64,000 nt of DNA from Balamuthia mandrillaris (taxonomy: Eukaryota): assembly GCA_031835245.2 (NCBI GenBank), contig JAVKOQ020000007.1, positions 372,001-436,000 on the forward strand, in the 5' to 3' direction. The translations under genes were made by a program, and so were the position numbers. Under the pieces are notes generated by a model, which was not told the origin of the DNA, did no database searches, and saw only the letters and a program-made list of their open reading frames with translations. Positions 13,058 to 26,294 of the stretch are shown one piece after another. Each line of letters starts with the position of its first letter. Within the stretch, counting starts at the first letter, position 1.

Positions 13058-16000
13058 TTCCCTCTTCTCTTCGCTTTCTCCCCACATCGCTCTTCTCTTC
13101 TTTCTTCTTATCCGCTGTTTCTCTGCTTCTTATCCTGCTGTTCGTTTACTCTTTCTTGACACTGATGAAACATACTCTTTGTTGTGTTTCTTTCATCAAC
13201 GCAACAGTTCGTCTTTTTTGGCTTTACAGATAGGGATAAGATGGCCACCACGTTAGAGTACCTTTGGACCGCCGATATCGACGCATGGCAAGTCCAAGTT
13301 TTGGAGGATAAAGCGCTACTTGAAGTTGGACTCGCACCTCCCTCTTCCTCCTCGGAACCAGACGTAGACCCTACCAACTTTAGCTACTCATTTGCCCAAC
13401 AACAAGCCAGTCACTTGCACCAGGCCGCTATTGCCAACTCCACAGCGGCGCTCACTCACTATGGATACCATTTGAGAACGCTCACAATGGAGGTGATCGA
13501 GTTTAAGCTTCGGAGCAAGGCACATCGTTCTCTGTTTCGCTTCTCTTCTGATGAGTCATTAATTGCAGGTTCGTTCTCTCGTCTCTTGTCTCTCTTTCTC
13601 GTTCTCTCTCTCTCTTCTCTCGTTCTCTTGTTCTCTCTTCCCTTTTTTGCTTTTACTCTTGAATTTACGTTCCTCTGCTTGTTTAAAATATAGAATACAA
13701 GGCTAGCTTATGGCTGGCTTCCGTCTATCACAGCGGCTCCCTGTACATCTCTCCCAACTTTCTCTGCTTCCACTCTCGCTCTCCCTCCGATGACGACTTT
13801 TTTACGGTCGACATTGGACTGAGGGACATAAGCGAGATCTCCCTCCTGGACAGTCGTCTCATTCGTGTGGTCACCGCTCAGCACAAGTACTTCTTCTCTT
13901 TTGTCTCAAACCGAATGGACGCCTACGAGAAGGTTCATTCCGCTTGGTCTCGTTTGCAGTGGATGGCAAGCGACATCTTAAAGAGCTCTGCAAATCTCAA
14001 CAACAAAGTCGCAAAGACGATGAATCCAGGAGACGAAGCACCATCTTCCTCTCCTTCATCAAATAAACGGCGAAAAGGACAAAGAGAAAAAGAAGAGATG
14101 CATGATGGAATGAAGATCGGTATAACCCCGTTTATTGGATGTACCAAGTACTTTAGAGGGGATTACATGGCTAGGAGAGAGCAACAGGAAAAATTGTGGG
14201 ATGCCTACATGCAGAAGCATGGCTCTGGCATTGAGCTCATAAAGACAAGCAGTCTTCGCGATTATGTTTATGAGGGCATACCTGACAAACATCGAGGTTT
14301 GTGGTCATCACACTTCCTTCTTGCGTTTTATGTTCTCGTATTGTTTTGTTTTGTTTTGTTTTGTTTTTTGTTTTGGGTTCTTTGTAATATTCATTTTTTT
14401 TGTGTGTCTATTTTAACAAAGGAATAATGTGGCAAACCTTTTTGGGCTCTCTTCACAATGTTCATGTTCGGCGAGGAGAATATGCAGAGATTCTGGAACA
14501 CTTTACGGACATGGCCTCTGTAGCTACAGCAGAAATAGAGCGGGTTCTTATTCTATTCTTGTTCTCCTTCTTCATCTGCTCTTCTTTTTCTCCTTGTTGT
14601 TCTCATATGCTTCTGTTTTGCTTCGTGTGTTGACAAACCATAGGATGTTCATCGGAGTTTACCTGAGCATCCGTTCTATCAGCAACCAGAAGGGCTTGCA
14701 ACCCTTCGGAGGGTCTTGAATGCTTATTCATGGCGAAACCGTGAAGTTGGTTATTGCCAATCTATGGTTGGTTACTCTGTTCCTTCCTTCTCACTCCTTT
14801 TACTTTGCCTTTTCTTTGGTTTAATCTTTCTTGTGTAGAATATTATTTCTGCATTATTTCTATTGTATATGAGTGAAGAAGAAGCGTTTTGGGTTTTGCG
14901 AATTCTTTGTGAAGAAATGTTACCTTCGTATTTTTCTCCTGGTAAATCAATCGTTTTTCTTTTTTCCTCCTGGTTTGTCTTCTTGCAACTTCTTACTTCT
15001 GCTGTAAAAAAGACATGATAGGTTCTATAGCTGATCAAAGGGTGTTCGAAGATCTGGTGGAGCATTACTTTCCTTTGCTGAGACGCCATTTGGAGAAAGT
15101 GGAAGTACCGATGGCCCTCATTACTTTTCCTTGGTTCTTGTGCCTATTTATTGGCTACATTCCTATGGAGGTTTATTTCGTTTTCATTTTCTTTAGCCTT
15201 CTTCCTATGCTCCTTCTTTCTTCATGTTCTCCCTTTTGATGCTTGCTTTCATTGCAGACTGCACTTCGGTTTCTGGACATTTTCTTTTATGAAGGCTATG
15301 ACTCGACTTTCCACTTCAAACTGGCGCTGGCCATCGTGAAGTTCAAAGAAGTCCATCTGTTGCAAGAAACTGATGCCATCACCATCATTGAGACTTTGAA
15401 AAGGACTCAGATCGATTGTGATATGTTGCTGAATGTACATACCATGTCCTATCTATTCTGTTCTCTGTCCTCTATTCTCCGTTCTGTGCTCTGTCTCTTG
15501 TTCTCCTTTTTTTTCTCCTTTCTTTCTTCTCTCTATTTTGATGGAACAACAATTGAAACTTCCCTCGGTTTAAACCAATGAAATATTAAGGCTGCAAGGC
15601 AAGACTTTGAGTGGGTGACAAGTCAAAAAGTAAAGACCCTCCGAAACCGTCATCGCCTCACCATTATCCGCGAAATGGACGAAACCAACCAAAAGACCAA
15701 GTGCGCCGATCCAATTCCTCTGCAGCCGCTAGTGAACCCCATCAACCCTATCATAACCGAAACAACTGCTCAAGACTCTTCATCTGACATTCAGCTTCGT
15801 TCTGTTTCGATGACTGCTATTGATGAAATGACCAAATCCTCTTCTCCTTATAAAGCACTGATAGAAACAAATGGAGAGAGCAGCAGCGCCAGACGTCGTT
15901 ATAGAGCGGATTCTTCTGGTTCATTAAGGCTGATCACTCGGCAGACGGTGGACACCAGACGAAAGTCAGTTACCATTCAACTCAAGCCCAAGCGGGTTCG

Positions 16001-17729
16001 TTCTTCTTTGTTTGCGATGCTGCCTTCTTCTCCTACAGAGGCAACAAATCAACCACACAACAATCATTCAGATGAAGAAGATACAGCACAACAAACTCAT
16101 TCTTCTTCTTCTTCTTCTTCTTCTCCTTCTCCTTCTTCACCTTCATCATCTTCATCTTCTTCTTCAACAGATCCTTCGCCGCGTTCTTTATCACTGCCTT
16201 CCCCCAGCACTGGCAAGTCGTTATTCACGCAGTTATCATCTCTGTTTGGTGCTGGCAAACGCGCCAAAGAAGAAGGAGCGGATGAGCTCACCACCTCATC
16301 TCTTTCTAAAACTGCGACCCAAAAAGCGAAAGCCGTCAACAGCAAAGCTAACAAGTTGGCACCAAGAGAGGATGCAGCTGCAGGATCCTCTGACAATAAG
16401 CGAACTAGTCCATCTGTTTCTGTTGTCCTTTCTTCTCCCTCCTCATTAACTCTTTCTGCTCCCCCCTCGTCTCCTCCTACCTCTCCTTCTCCTGCTTCTC
16501 TTTCGGAGAGTCCACCAATACCATCCTCCTCTCCCCCTGGCCTTGCTCCTTCTTCTCCTCCAACTGATAATCAGCTCTCCACCATCGCACGTTCTCCCTC
16601 ACTCAGATCGAGAGCGCACTCCATCCCCTCTCCTCCTACTGCCTTTGAAAGAAGACATCCTCCTCTTTCTTCTTCATCTTCTGCTTCTCCCTCTTCTCCT
16701 CTCTCTTCTTCTATTACTCCTTCATTCGTTTCTTCACCCCAATCAGCCACTCCCTCACAATTCTATACGCCACCACCTGCAACCTCCACTTCTTCTGTTT
16801 CTCTTCGTGACCGAATGAAGGAACGGTCAGCTAGTTCGCACCGCATTTTGGATGTATTGGATCTTTGCGAGGAACAGACCTTCCTCGACACAAGACGAAG
16901 AACAAGAACTCTTTCTCACCTCTTTCGTAGTGGCAGCGAAGGAGATCATAACGACAACGGTAACGATAATAGTAACACCAAAGAGAAAACATATCACCAC
17001 AGACATAATGGAGCGGATATGAGGAGAGAAGCTCTGCTGCGAATGAAGCTAGTCAACTCGGATGCTGGGATCGTTCGAACAACAAACAATCGAGAAGAGG
17101 GAGAAGGAACCAGCAGAAAGAAGAACGCTCCTGCAAATACCATTCAACAGTGGGTAGATGAACAAAAGAAGAAGCATAAAGAGAAGGAAAAGGAAAAAGA
17201 ACAGGAGGAGAAAGAAGAACAGTCCAAAGCCAGCGATGAGGATTCTCACACGGTGGAACCCTTAATAGCGCAAGAGCAACTCAGTTACATCTCTCGCTTC
17301 ATCTTGAGGACGAACAGCGGTGATCTCAGCAAGAGCGACGATGAACGCAAAAAAGAAGCAACGGAAGGAAACACAAGCTTCTCGCTGAGAGGCAAAGAAG
17401 TGATTGGAGAGGAAAGCGAAGAAGAAGACGAAGACGACTCCGAATCGTCGCTGAATACCAAGTTGATGGAAACCATTCAGATAGAGGAAGAGCAGCTAGG
17501 AGAAGGAGAAGGAGAAAGAGGAGAGGGCAAGGGAAAAGCAAACGGATCGGAGGAAGAGCGAAAAGGCAAGAGAGTGGGCACGCCACAGCAGCCCAAGCGG
17601 AAAAGACGGCAGAAGAGCGTATGTCTGGCAAGCAGTCGCCGGGGCAGAAAGTCTTTGGGCATCATCCTGGTGGAGGAGGACCTCACCACGCCAGTGCAGA
17701 CAAGTGAAGATCGTGCAGGTAGCACCTAA
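10250..17729 (+). CDS. TBC1D8/TBC1D9-like Rab GTPase-activating protein (two GRAM domains + TBC) with long low-complexity inserts
   Basis: MW..K.E start, EIKKHW; GRAM-like [14 protein letters not shown] and [15 protein letters not shown] motifs [59 protein letters not shown]. Confidence 0.9.
12635..12715. repeat. intronic (CTCCCTT)n heptamer repeat preceded by (CT)n
   Basis: tandem CTCCCTT units inside the intron at ~12552-12813. Confidence 0.85.
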
Positions 17730-17886
17730 CTTTGTTCAAGCCGTCCAAACGAATCTCTTTTTTGTTTTCTTCAGTTCGGAGAAATGTACATTCCTTCTCT
17801 TCTCTTCCTTTTCTTATAATTTTTCAGTTATGAACCTCATCACAGATTGGCCTAATACATCTGCTTGCTCTCTCTCTCTCTCTCTC

Positions 17887-17917
<31 letters not shown>

Positions 17918-18096
17918 GCTCTCTCTCTCTCTCCATTTCGTTTTTGTATCCCTGTCTTACATCCTTACTACAGGAAAAAGGTGAACCGCTTGGAGGAATC
18001 AAATATGATTGTAGTTGAGCAGCCATCACCCTAGTTGAGCCCCGAAAATAGAGTGTTTGAGTCAAACGAAAAAAGCGAGGAAACACAACAACAGTT

Positions 18097-18597
18097 TCAT
18101 TCTTCTTGCATGAGCTCCCTGATTTCGGTTACAGGGACCAACGTTACGTTGGCAGCGATCTCCATTTCCTCGGTGTTGTGGGCGTTGTTGCAGCTGGCGC
18201 ACAGCGGGATGATGTACCAGGACCTCGAGACGCGACCGTCCTTGATCTGCACGTGAGCCCCGGCAGAGACCTTCTTGTCACAGCCATTGCGGGCACAGAC
18301 CTTCCTCTTGCTCTTGCTCGCTTGCCGGTAGCCTTCCAACCAGCGGACCCCGGTGTACGGCTCCTTGGAGGTGCCGTTGATGTTTTTCACAAAGTAGTGA
18401 GTGTTCCTGTTAGCCCTGGAGGAGGAGGCGTGGTTTTCCAGCCTCTCCTTGTACGTGTCTTGGCTGTTGCGGTAAAGGGCTGAAACGAGTTCAGCCTTGT
18501 TCATCTTGGAACGACCAACAATGTCCTCCATGCTGGCCAACTGCCTGAGCTCCTCCACCGTTTTTTCTTTAAGGTCTTTTATTGTGAAACGTTCCAT
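18097..18597 (-). CDS. intronless protein: Rho-termination-N/SAP-like HEH domain plus HNH-like Cys/His domain
   Basis: TVEELRQLASMEDIVGRSKMNKAELVSAL; VKNINGTS...C....C...GAHV...WYIIPLCASCNN. Confidence 0.7.
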   Translation of the reverse strand: MERFTIKDLKEKTVEELRQLASMEDIVGRSKMNKAELVSALYRNSQDTYKERLENHASSSRANRNTHYFVKNINGTSKEPYTGVRWLEGYRQASKSKRKVCARNGCDKKVSAGAHVQIKDGRVSRSWYIIPLCASCNNAHNTEEMEIAANVTLVPVTEIRELMQEE

Positions 18598-19037
18598 CCT
18601 GTACAGAAACGCGAGAGAGTGTGTGTTGTAGTTTGAAAGAAGGAAGAGGCAAAAGAGTGATAAATACAAAAAAAAACTTGGTGTGTGTCCTCATTCTTCT
18701 TTCGGTGAGACCCACTCCTTTTCAAATGAGGTCACCTGCCCTCAGTAACCAGGCACAATGCACATTCCTTCGATGAAACCGACCGGAAAGGAGATAGCGA
18801 TGCAGCAATAATCTCTTGCTAGAATCCTCGTCCTGGGGCAAGGCCTTGGCCTCATTGGATTCCGTCAAGCAAGCGAGCTAGCAAGAAGGCGAACAAGAAA
18901 TGCAGGCAAGCAAGCAATGCAGTGCCAGGAGAGGGAAGGAGGTCTGTTTTCCATGTCGACATGAAATATATGACCACAAAAGCTGCTCGAATGCTTGTCA
19001 ATTAGTGTTACGAAGAAAGAAAGAAAAAGAAGAGCGC

Positions 19038-21293
19038 ATGGCTACGGAGGAAGAAGGCCATGGCCGGGCGGCTTTGGGCGTTGACGTTGTTGCTCAGCAA
19101 GGGCTGGAGGTGGTCAGAGGGATCATGCAAAAAGAGGGCAGCCTCGACCCTGCCTCCCTGCGCAACGTCTATCTGTTCGGCTCTCGGCTGTACGGCTGCG
19201 CCTCTCCCACCTCCGACTATGATCTGATTTGCCTGGTGGACGGCCCTTACTTTCATGCGTGTCGTAACTTTGCTGAAGAAAGGTTTTCGCAACTCCTTGT
19301 TTTTTATTTAAATGTTTTTTTTTGTTTCGCTCATCCCGCTTGGCAAAAAAAAATATGTAGCGATAAGGCTGGCGCTGCTCAAGGAGTGGAAAGCGAAGCC
19401 TATGAGCTGGATGTGAATCCTAGTTTTTATCACGTTGATTATTTCTTATCTTTGGTTTGTTTTTCTCCTCTCCATACTTTGCTTTATTTTCTCTCTTCAT
19501 TTTTCTGTCTTTCTTTTCTTTTCTTTTCTGTTCTTTTCTTTTTTTCTTTCCGTTACAGTTTCTAAGTTTCGTTTTGCTAATGTTATCTCCTTCCGTATGC
19601 TTTTAGATAAAGAAGAATATGATAGCAACGTTGTTGTGTTTGTGCATTCCCAAAAGCTTCGTATGGAAGGAAGACGTTCAGCTGCCCAGCATAGAGCAAG
19701 TGCTTCGCTTGCCCGCTCTTCGCAAGGTCGTCACTATGGATGCCAGCCACAATCTTGCCAAAGCCAAGGTCTCTTTCCTGTCTTGTTCTTCGCTCTCTAA
19801 TTTCTTTCTTCTTGTATTCTTATCTTCTGTCTTGTATTTCTTCATGTTCTCGGCTTACGTTATCACTAGAGGCTTTGGAGCGAAGGGGACACATACAAGT
19901 CAAAAAAGAACGTGGTACACGGCCTCCGATATCTTCACTATGGTTCTTCCTTCCTCTCCTTTAAAGAGCGGGAGAGAGAGGAGAGAGGAGCGAGCAGAGA
20001 GCAGAGGGCAGAAAAGAGAGAAAAGAGAAGCGAGGAGAGAAGAGAGAGGGAGAGAGAAATTTGTCCAATAATGTGCTAAAAACTGTGCATATCATTTTTT
20101 AGCTTTGCAGTTGGTGGAGAGCGGATACATAACTGATTTTCACGTGGGCAATCGTTACTGGGAAGAAGTAGTTATTCTTACTTGATCTTCTTTATTTCTC
20201 CTTCTGAGAACTTTGTTTGATGTTAACTTAACAACTGACTGGAATACTTAACATAGGTAATGACGAATCCAGCAAACGATTGGGAGCACTATGAGGCAAA
20301 GTATCGCCCCCTCTATCAACAACTAATGCGGGAGCTGAAGGCTAAATGCGAACCAACAAATGTATTATCCATAACAGTAGGAGATAGTGACAATAGTAAT
20401 CTACCGCAACAACACCAAACAGGCGAACGCATGACACTTCAAACGATTGACTATCTACAGAAACATGGAATGGATGCTCTCTGTCAAAGCTTCGCTTTGA
20501 ACGTGAAGACATACAAAGTCGGCGATGATTCCGAATTGTTTCATCTCACAATTGATCCATTCAGTTCGCCTTCTGCCTCTACTGTCGTCAAGGAATGCGC
20601 CTATGGGCTGTTGTTGCAAAGAAAACTACCGGCAAAAGAGGAGGAAGAGGAAGAAGGAGGAGGAGACGAACCAGAAGAAACACAAGCGACAACGTGGCGG
20701 GTGATTGCACGGGCTTATCCAAAGATAGAGTACATGGTTGATCCCTTTACGGGTTAGTGTTCTTGTTTCTACTTCGTGCCCCTTTGTGCTATTGCTTACC
20801 CGTTTTCTGCTCTCGCGGCGTCTTTCTCTCCACTTAACCTAACAGGAGTCTTAACTGCATCAGCAGCACAGCTGGATTGGAATTCAGCCAAAGTTTATGA
20901 AAAGCTGGACGGGACGATGGCCGTTCTTTACCACCACGAAGGAGTTTGGCGAGTCAAAACCTCTCGCAGTGGGGATGGCTACGATGAGCACATTCAGCAG
21001 CAACGATCTTTAGCTAAAACGAGTTATAGAGAATGGCTGCTTTCTCTCTGTGCTGATCAAAACAACGAAATGGAGGTATTGAGACAAAAGCACAAGGAAA
21101 GAGTTATTGCAAAGGAAGACAAGAAAGATAAAGAGGAGGAGGCGAGCTTTGCAGAATTGTTTTGGGATATATGGAAGAGAAGCTTGAATTATACATTTCC
21201 AAGCGAAGAAGAAACGGAACTTCTCTTTGTATTCGAAGTGCTCAGCTGGCGACAGTGCAATATTGTACAGTTTTTCCCTCCAACTACTACTGC

Positions 21294-21325
<32 letters not shown>

Positions 21326-22068
21326 CTTCTTCTTCTTCTTCAAGAAACCGAGAAGAACGAATAGTGTTGCATGGAGTATTCGACCGACATACCATGAACG
21401 AACATGTATTGGCTCCTTTTGACGAAGTCGCGGCTTTTCATGGATGGGAATGCGTGCGTCAATTCTCCTTTGAAGAGCTTTCTCAACGATCTTCAATGTC
21501 TCCTTATACCGCAGCTGCTTCTTCATCTCCTTCATTTACATGGACAGCAAAACAGAAGCAAGATCTACTAAAAGAAATAGTCAACGGGATGAACCCATTC
21601 AAGGAGGAAGGCTTTGTAGTAGTGGATAACCATTTTAATCGCCTCAAAGTGCGAGCGCCTCAATGGGCCGCTCTCTCCCTGTTAAGCTGGTTTAACGACT
21701 CGATGAAGACCAACCATCGTTACCTTCTGGAGTACATTCGAAGAGGAGAAGGAAACGAGGATGAGTTTCTCTTTCACTTTCCCGAGTGGCGAGACGAGTT
21801 CTTGGAAGTGAAAGAGAAGTACCAAACCTTCGCCACAGGATTGGGAACAGTTTATGACTCTCTCATAGCATCAGAACGACAGCAACAAACTAAGGAGAGA
21901 GGAACTTTTGCCAGAGAAGCTCGAAAGCATTTCTTCTACGGGCTGCTATTTGACCTGCGTGATGCTGGTTGCAGCAACAAGAACAATGAGGATGTGCTAG
22001 CATATTTTAAGTCTTGTCCCACTCGGAAGGTCGTCAGCATGATGAATAAATACTTTGAGGACCTCTGA
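19038..22068 (+). CDS. Pol-beta-superfamily nucleotidyltransferase fused to a T4 Rnl1-like ATP-dependent RNA ligase (about 7 exons)
   Basis: VYLFGSRLYG..SPTSDYDL (GS..DxD); ligase motifs EC..GLLL...ARAYPK, YEKLDGT (I), FEVLS (III), LHGVFD (IIIa), EEGFVVVD (IV), RLKV (V). Confidence 0.8.
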
Positions 22069-22113
22069 CCTGAAGCAGACCAGAAGCACAAGGGTAGTGC
22101 TGAAAGAGTTGCG

Positions 22114-22503
22114 GTGGAGAGAAACAGATATTTTCGCGAGTGTTCTCAGATCCACTGCTGTGCGATCAACAACCTTCCCAACGAGCTGCTGTACCCCATC
22201 CTCAACGACCTGGTGCCGCCGGGACTGACCGGCCTTGTCGCCCACAGGGGTGAAAAAACCAGCACAGCGGCTGCTGGGTCCTACCGTTGCAGCCAAAAAG
22301 AAGCTCTGCGGATGCTACGGTGGATGAGAGAGGAGGCAGGCCCTCCATGCCCTTGGGACAAGGAGACCAGCCAGGCCGCGCTCAAGGCCAAACGGTGGAA
22401 GATGTTGCGGTGGATCTGTTGGGAGGCGCACTGTCCTGCCAGCAAGAGGACGTTGCGAGAGTTGAGAAAGCATGAGAAAGAGACCGCGGGGAAGACGCCT
22501 TGA
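22114..22503 (+). pseudogene. F-box + CPW-type ankyrin-repeat relic
   Basis: INNLPNELLYPIL (F-box-like) joined almost directly to LRWMREEAGPPCPWDKETSQAA...MLRWI...CP; no ATG start, internally truncated. Confidence 0.55.
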
Positions 22504-22873
22504 ATGGTTCAAGTGATGCTGGCTTCCTTCAGACACACAGCAAAAAAAAAAAAGAAAAACAAACAAACAAAGAGAATGGGAAGGAAGTTGTGGCCAAGCA
22601 AGTTGCGTTCTTAAGAACCGCCGCCAAGGCCACACGAGCTCACTACACGACAGCCTGGAAGAATCCACCTTTGAAACGCATGGCTGTTGTTGTTTGCGGC
22701 AAGAGTGGATTTCATGTCGACATGAAAAGCCCTCCTCGTAATCCGACGTCATCCGGTGAGGACCTGACGTCATCCCAAGTACACCGAAAAAAAAGTTGCT
22801 GGGGGAGTAGAAAGTAGTAGTAGCAGGGAGCACCACCACACCACCCAAACAAACAAACGAGCATCCACGAAAC

Positions 22874-24548
22874 ATGCAAGCCCTGCCACGCGCTGCCGTC
22901 GGCGGTCGCCCGACGCTTATGCAACGAGCTTTCTCGCTGGCTCATCGTTTGCCACTGAAAAGCCGGCCGTCCTCCTCCTCCTTTTCCTCTTCTGCTTCCT
23001 CGCTTCTCGCGCCCGCGCTTCCACCCAACGAGAAGAGATGGTACTCTTCCGCGATGGAGGACCCCTCCACAGCAACCGAGGAGGACGTGCACACTCGCAG
23101 CCCCAACAACCCCGACCCGCTTCGTCCTAAAGCCATCTACCTGGACCTTCAGGCCACCACCCCAGTGGACCCCCGCGTGCTGGACGCCATGCTCCCTCTC
23201 TACTGTGATGCCTTTGGAAATCCTCACTCCAGGACTCATGTCTACGGTTGGGAGACTCTCGACATTGTAGAAGAAGCCAGAGAGGTTTTCTTTTTTTCCC
23301 TTCACTCTCCTCTCTTCCTTCACTTCAGCAAAAACAGATGAACCATCTAACACCATATTTTTATGGGTGACAGCAAGTAGCGGATTTGATAGGTGCACAG
23401 GGCAAGGAGATTATATTTACTAGTGGAGCGACAGAGTCGAATAATGCAGTGATAAAAGGGGTGGCACGCTTCTACAAGCCAAAGAAGAAACACATCATAA
23501 CAACTGTCACGGTACGGTTCTTCCATCATAGCATGTAAAGCTTTTTTTTTTCACTGTTCTCACCCACCTCTCTCTTCTTCTGCTTTCTCTCTTTACTTCT
23601 TTTTTTCCTCTATCTTCTGCTTCTCTTACAAAGGAACACAAGTGCGTGTTAGACTCTTGCCGAAACATGGAGGCAACCGAGGGCGTGGAAGTAACGTACC
23701 TTCCTGTCCAAGCAAATGGGCTTATAGACTTAGAGCAGCTGCGTGCCTCCCTACGGGAAGACACTGCCCTAGTTTCCGTGATGGCTGTCAACAACGAGAT
23801 TGGCGTCATCCAGCCCCTCCAAGAGATTGGACGGATCTGCCGCGAGCATAAGGTATTCTTCCACACAGACGCCGCTCAGGCCGTCGGCAAGATTCCCATC
23901 GACGTCAACGCCATGAACATCGACCTGCTCTCCATCAGCGGGCACAAGCTATACGGCCCCAAGGGAGTGGGCGCTCTCTACATCCGTCGCAAGCCAAGAG
24001 TGAGGCTGGCTCCTATCATCAGCGGCGGCGGTCAGGAAAGAGGCCTCCGTAGCGGCACTCTACCGGCGCCCTTAGTGGCCGGCTTGGGCAAGGCCTGCCA
24101 AGTGGCCAAAGAGGAAATGGAGCGAGACGCTCGACATGTGGAGCGGCTATTCTGGCGCCTCTACAACGGCCTCAAAGAACGCATCCCTCACATCGCAGTC
24201 AACGGGGACCTCGACCGCCGCTACCACGGCAACTTGAATGTCTCCTTCGCCTACGTGGAGGGTGAGTCCTTGCTCATGGCCTTGAAAGACATCGCCCTCA
24301 GCTCCGGCAGCGCCTGCACGTCAGCCTCGTTGGAGCCTTCCTACGTACTGCGGGCGTTGGGAGTGCAGGAGGACATGGCACACACGAGCTTGCGCTTTGG
24401 GCTGGGTCGCTTCACGACGGAGAAGGAGGTGGACTACACGGTGGAGCTCTGCGCAAGGCACGTGCAGCGCTTGCGCGAGATGTCGCCTTTGTGGGAGCTC
24501 GTTCAGGAGGGCGTTGATCTCAACACCATTCAATGGACACAACATTAA
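22874..24548 (+). CDS. NFS1: mitochondrial cysteine desulfurase
   Basis: [69 protein letters not shown]-terminal IQWTQH; transit-peptide-like N-terminus. Confidence 0.97.
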
Positions 24549-24706
24549 GAGAAGAAAGAGAAAAAGAAAAGCTAAGTGCAGCTGCACAAACAACGTTCAA
24601 ACAGCAATTTGTAAAAAAAGATAAAACCAAATGAAAGCCACCAATTGCTTTAGTTTATATACATACGTTTGTTGCTCACTGACAGTTCTTTCTGTCCTAA
24701 ATGCAT

Positions 24707-26262
24707 TTAGACAAAATGGATAGCATCGCCGTAGGTAGATTGCAGGCGGGCGTGCAGTTGAGGGTGGTTGAACTGAAGGGTTTGGGGATCTTCCGCGAAG
24801 CACACAAAGATGGTAACCACTGCGCTTTCTACCACTTCCAATACCACCAATACCACCACAAACCCAATCTGTTTTAAAAAATGAAAAGAATGAACAAACA
24901 AGAAAGTTGGTAATTTGCTCGAGAACAACAACAAGAAGGGAGAGGGAAGACATACAAAGAAGCCAATGACGGTCATAGCGATCCAGGCATCGACCTCAAC
25001 AAAGTAGGTGATGAGGGCTGCAAAAGAGAAGGGGTAAACATAACGGGAAAAATAGCTCTGAAGAAAGCACAAAAGGAATAAGGGACACACACCCGCAAAG
25101 GTAGCAGTGACTCCACCAGAAACAAAGGCAGCAAGAGTTAGCACGCTGCTAATAATATTGTCATTTATGATAGCCCAAAGACCATGCGAAGTGAACATCT
25201 CCCACGTGTCCTTGGCAGCTTGCACGTAGGTCTTGCCGTAGATAGCCACCTGGGTGAAGGCATACGTGTTGAAGTAACGCAACAAAGCATCGAGTAGCGC
25301 AATGATGCACTCAGCAAGGAAGCCAATTATGACGAGCACGATGTTGTCGCTATTGTTCCTTCGGAGGGAGTAGCAAATGGCACGTAGCGTTTTCAGAACG
25401 GCCACAATGAGGGAGCCCAAGCAAATGGAGCCGAGTGAAGTGGTGGAGGCCCTCTTGAACGACTTGAGGGTAGGATTGCTCGGCATGGCGTTGCTCTGGC
25501 GGAAGTACCATGTAGCAAATGTACCAGCTGCCGTCACATGCACCACGTTCTTGATCACTGCATCAGAAAGGAAAGAAAGAGTCTATTTTAACTGCTTGAA
25601 TCTTTTTGGGAGGGGAGAAAGGTGGAGGGATGGGGAGAGAGAGAGAGAGAGAGAGAGCACGCGCTGACCTTGGGAAGTCCAGTAGAAACTGAACAACAAG
25701 AACACAGAAAGAACTCCTGTAGCAGCTTGGCTGTACTGTTGTACCATAACGGCGGTGGTCGCCCAGAAGAAGATCCACACAATCTGGAAGAACAACGCAA
25801 TGTATGCTGGTGAAGAATGGTGAGAACAAGGAGAAGAGCGAGCAGAGAGCAGAGAGCAGAGAGCAGAGAGCAGAGGAGCAGAGAGCAGGGAGCAGAGGCA
25901 GAGAGCAGGAGCAGAGAGCAGAGAGCAGAGAGCAGAGGCAGAGCAGAGGCAGAGGCAGGAGAGCAGAGAGCAGAGAGCAGAGAGCAGAGAGCAGAGAGCA
26001 GAGAGCAGAGAGCAGAGAGCAATCTTACCAATGGTCACAGTGGCAGGAAACTGAGAAATAAGACTAGAGGCCGTCTTCAACATCTCCACTGCGAATGGAA
26101 TGCGCCTCCTCCAGGAAAGATAAGCTAAGCCCACAAACAAGGAGAAGGCCAACAAAATAGCGCCAGCAATCCATGAACCTGCGTTTTTCATCTTAGTGAT
26201 GACGCTTTTGAGAGAGAGAGAGAGAGAGAGAGAGACAGCGAGGGAGAGAGACAGAGAGGGGG

Positions 26263-26294
<32 letters not shown>

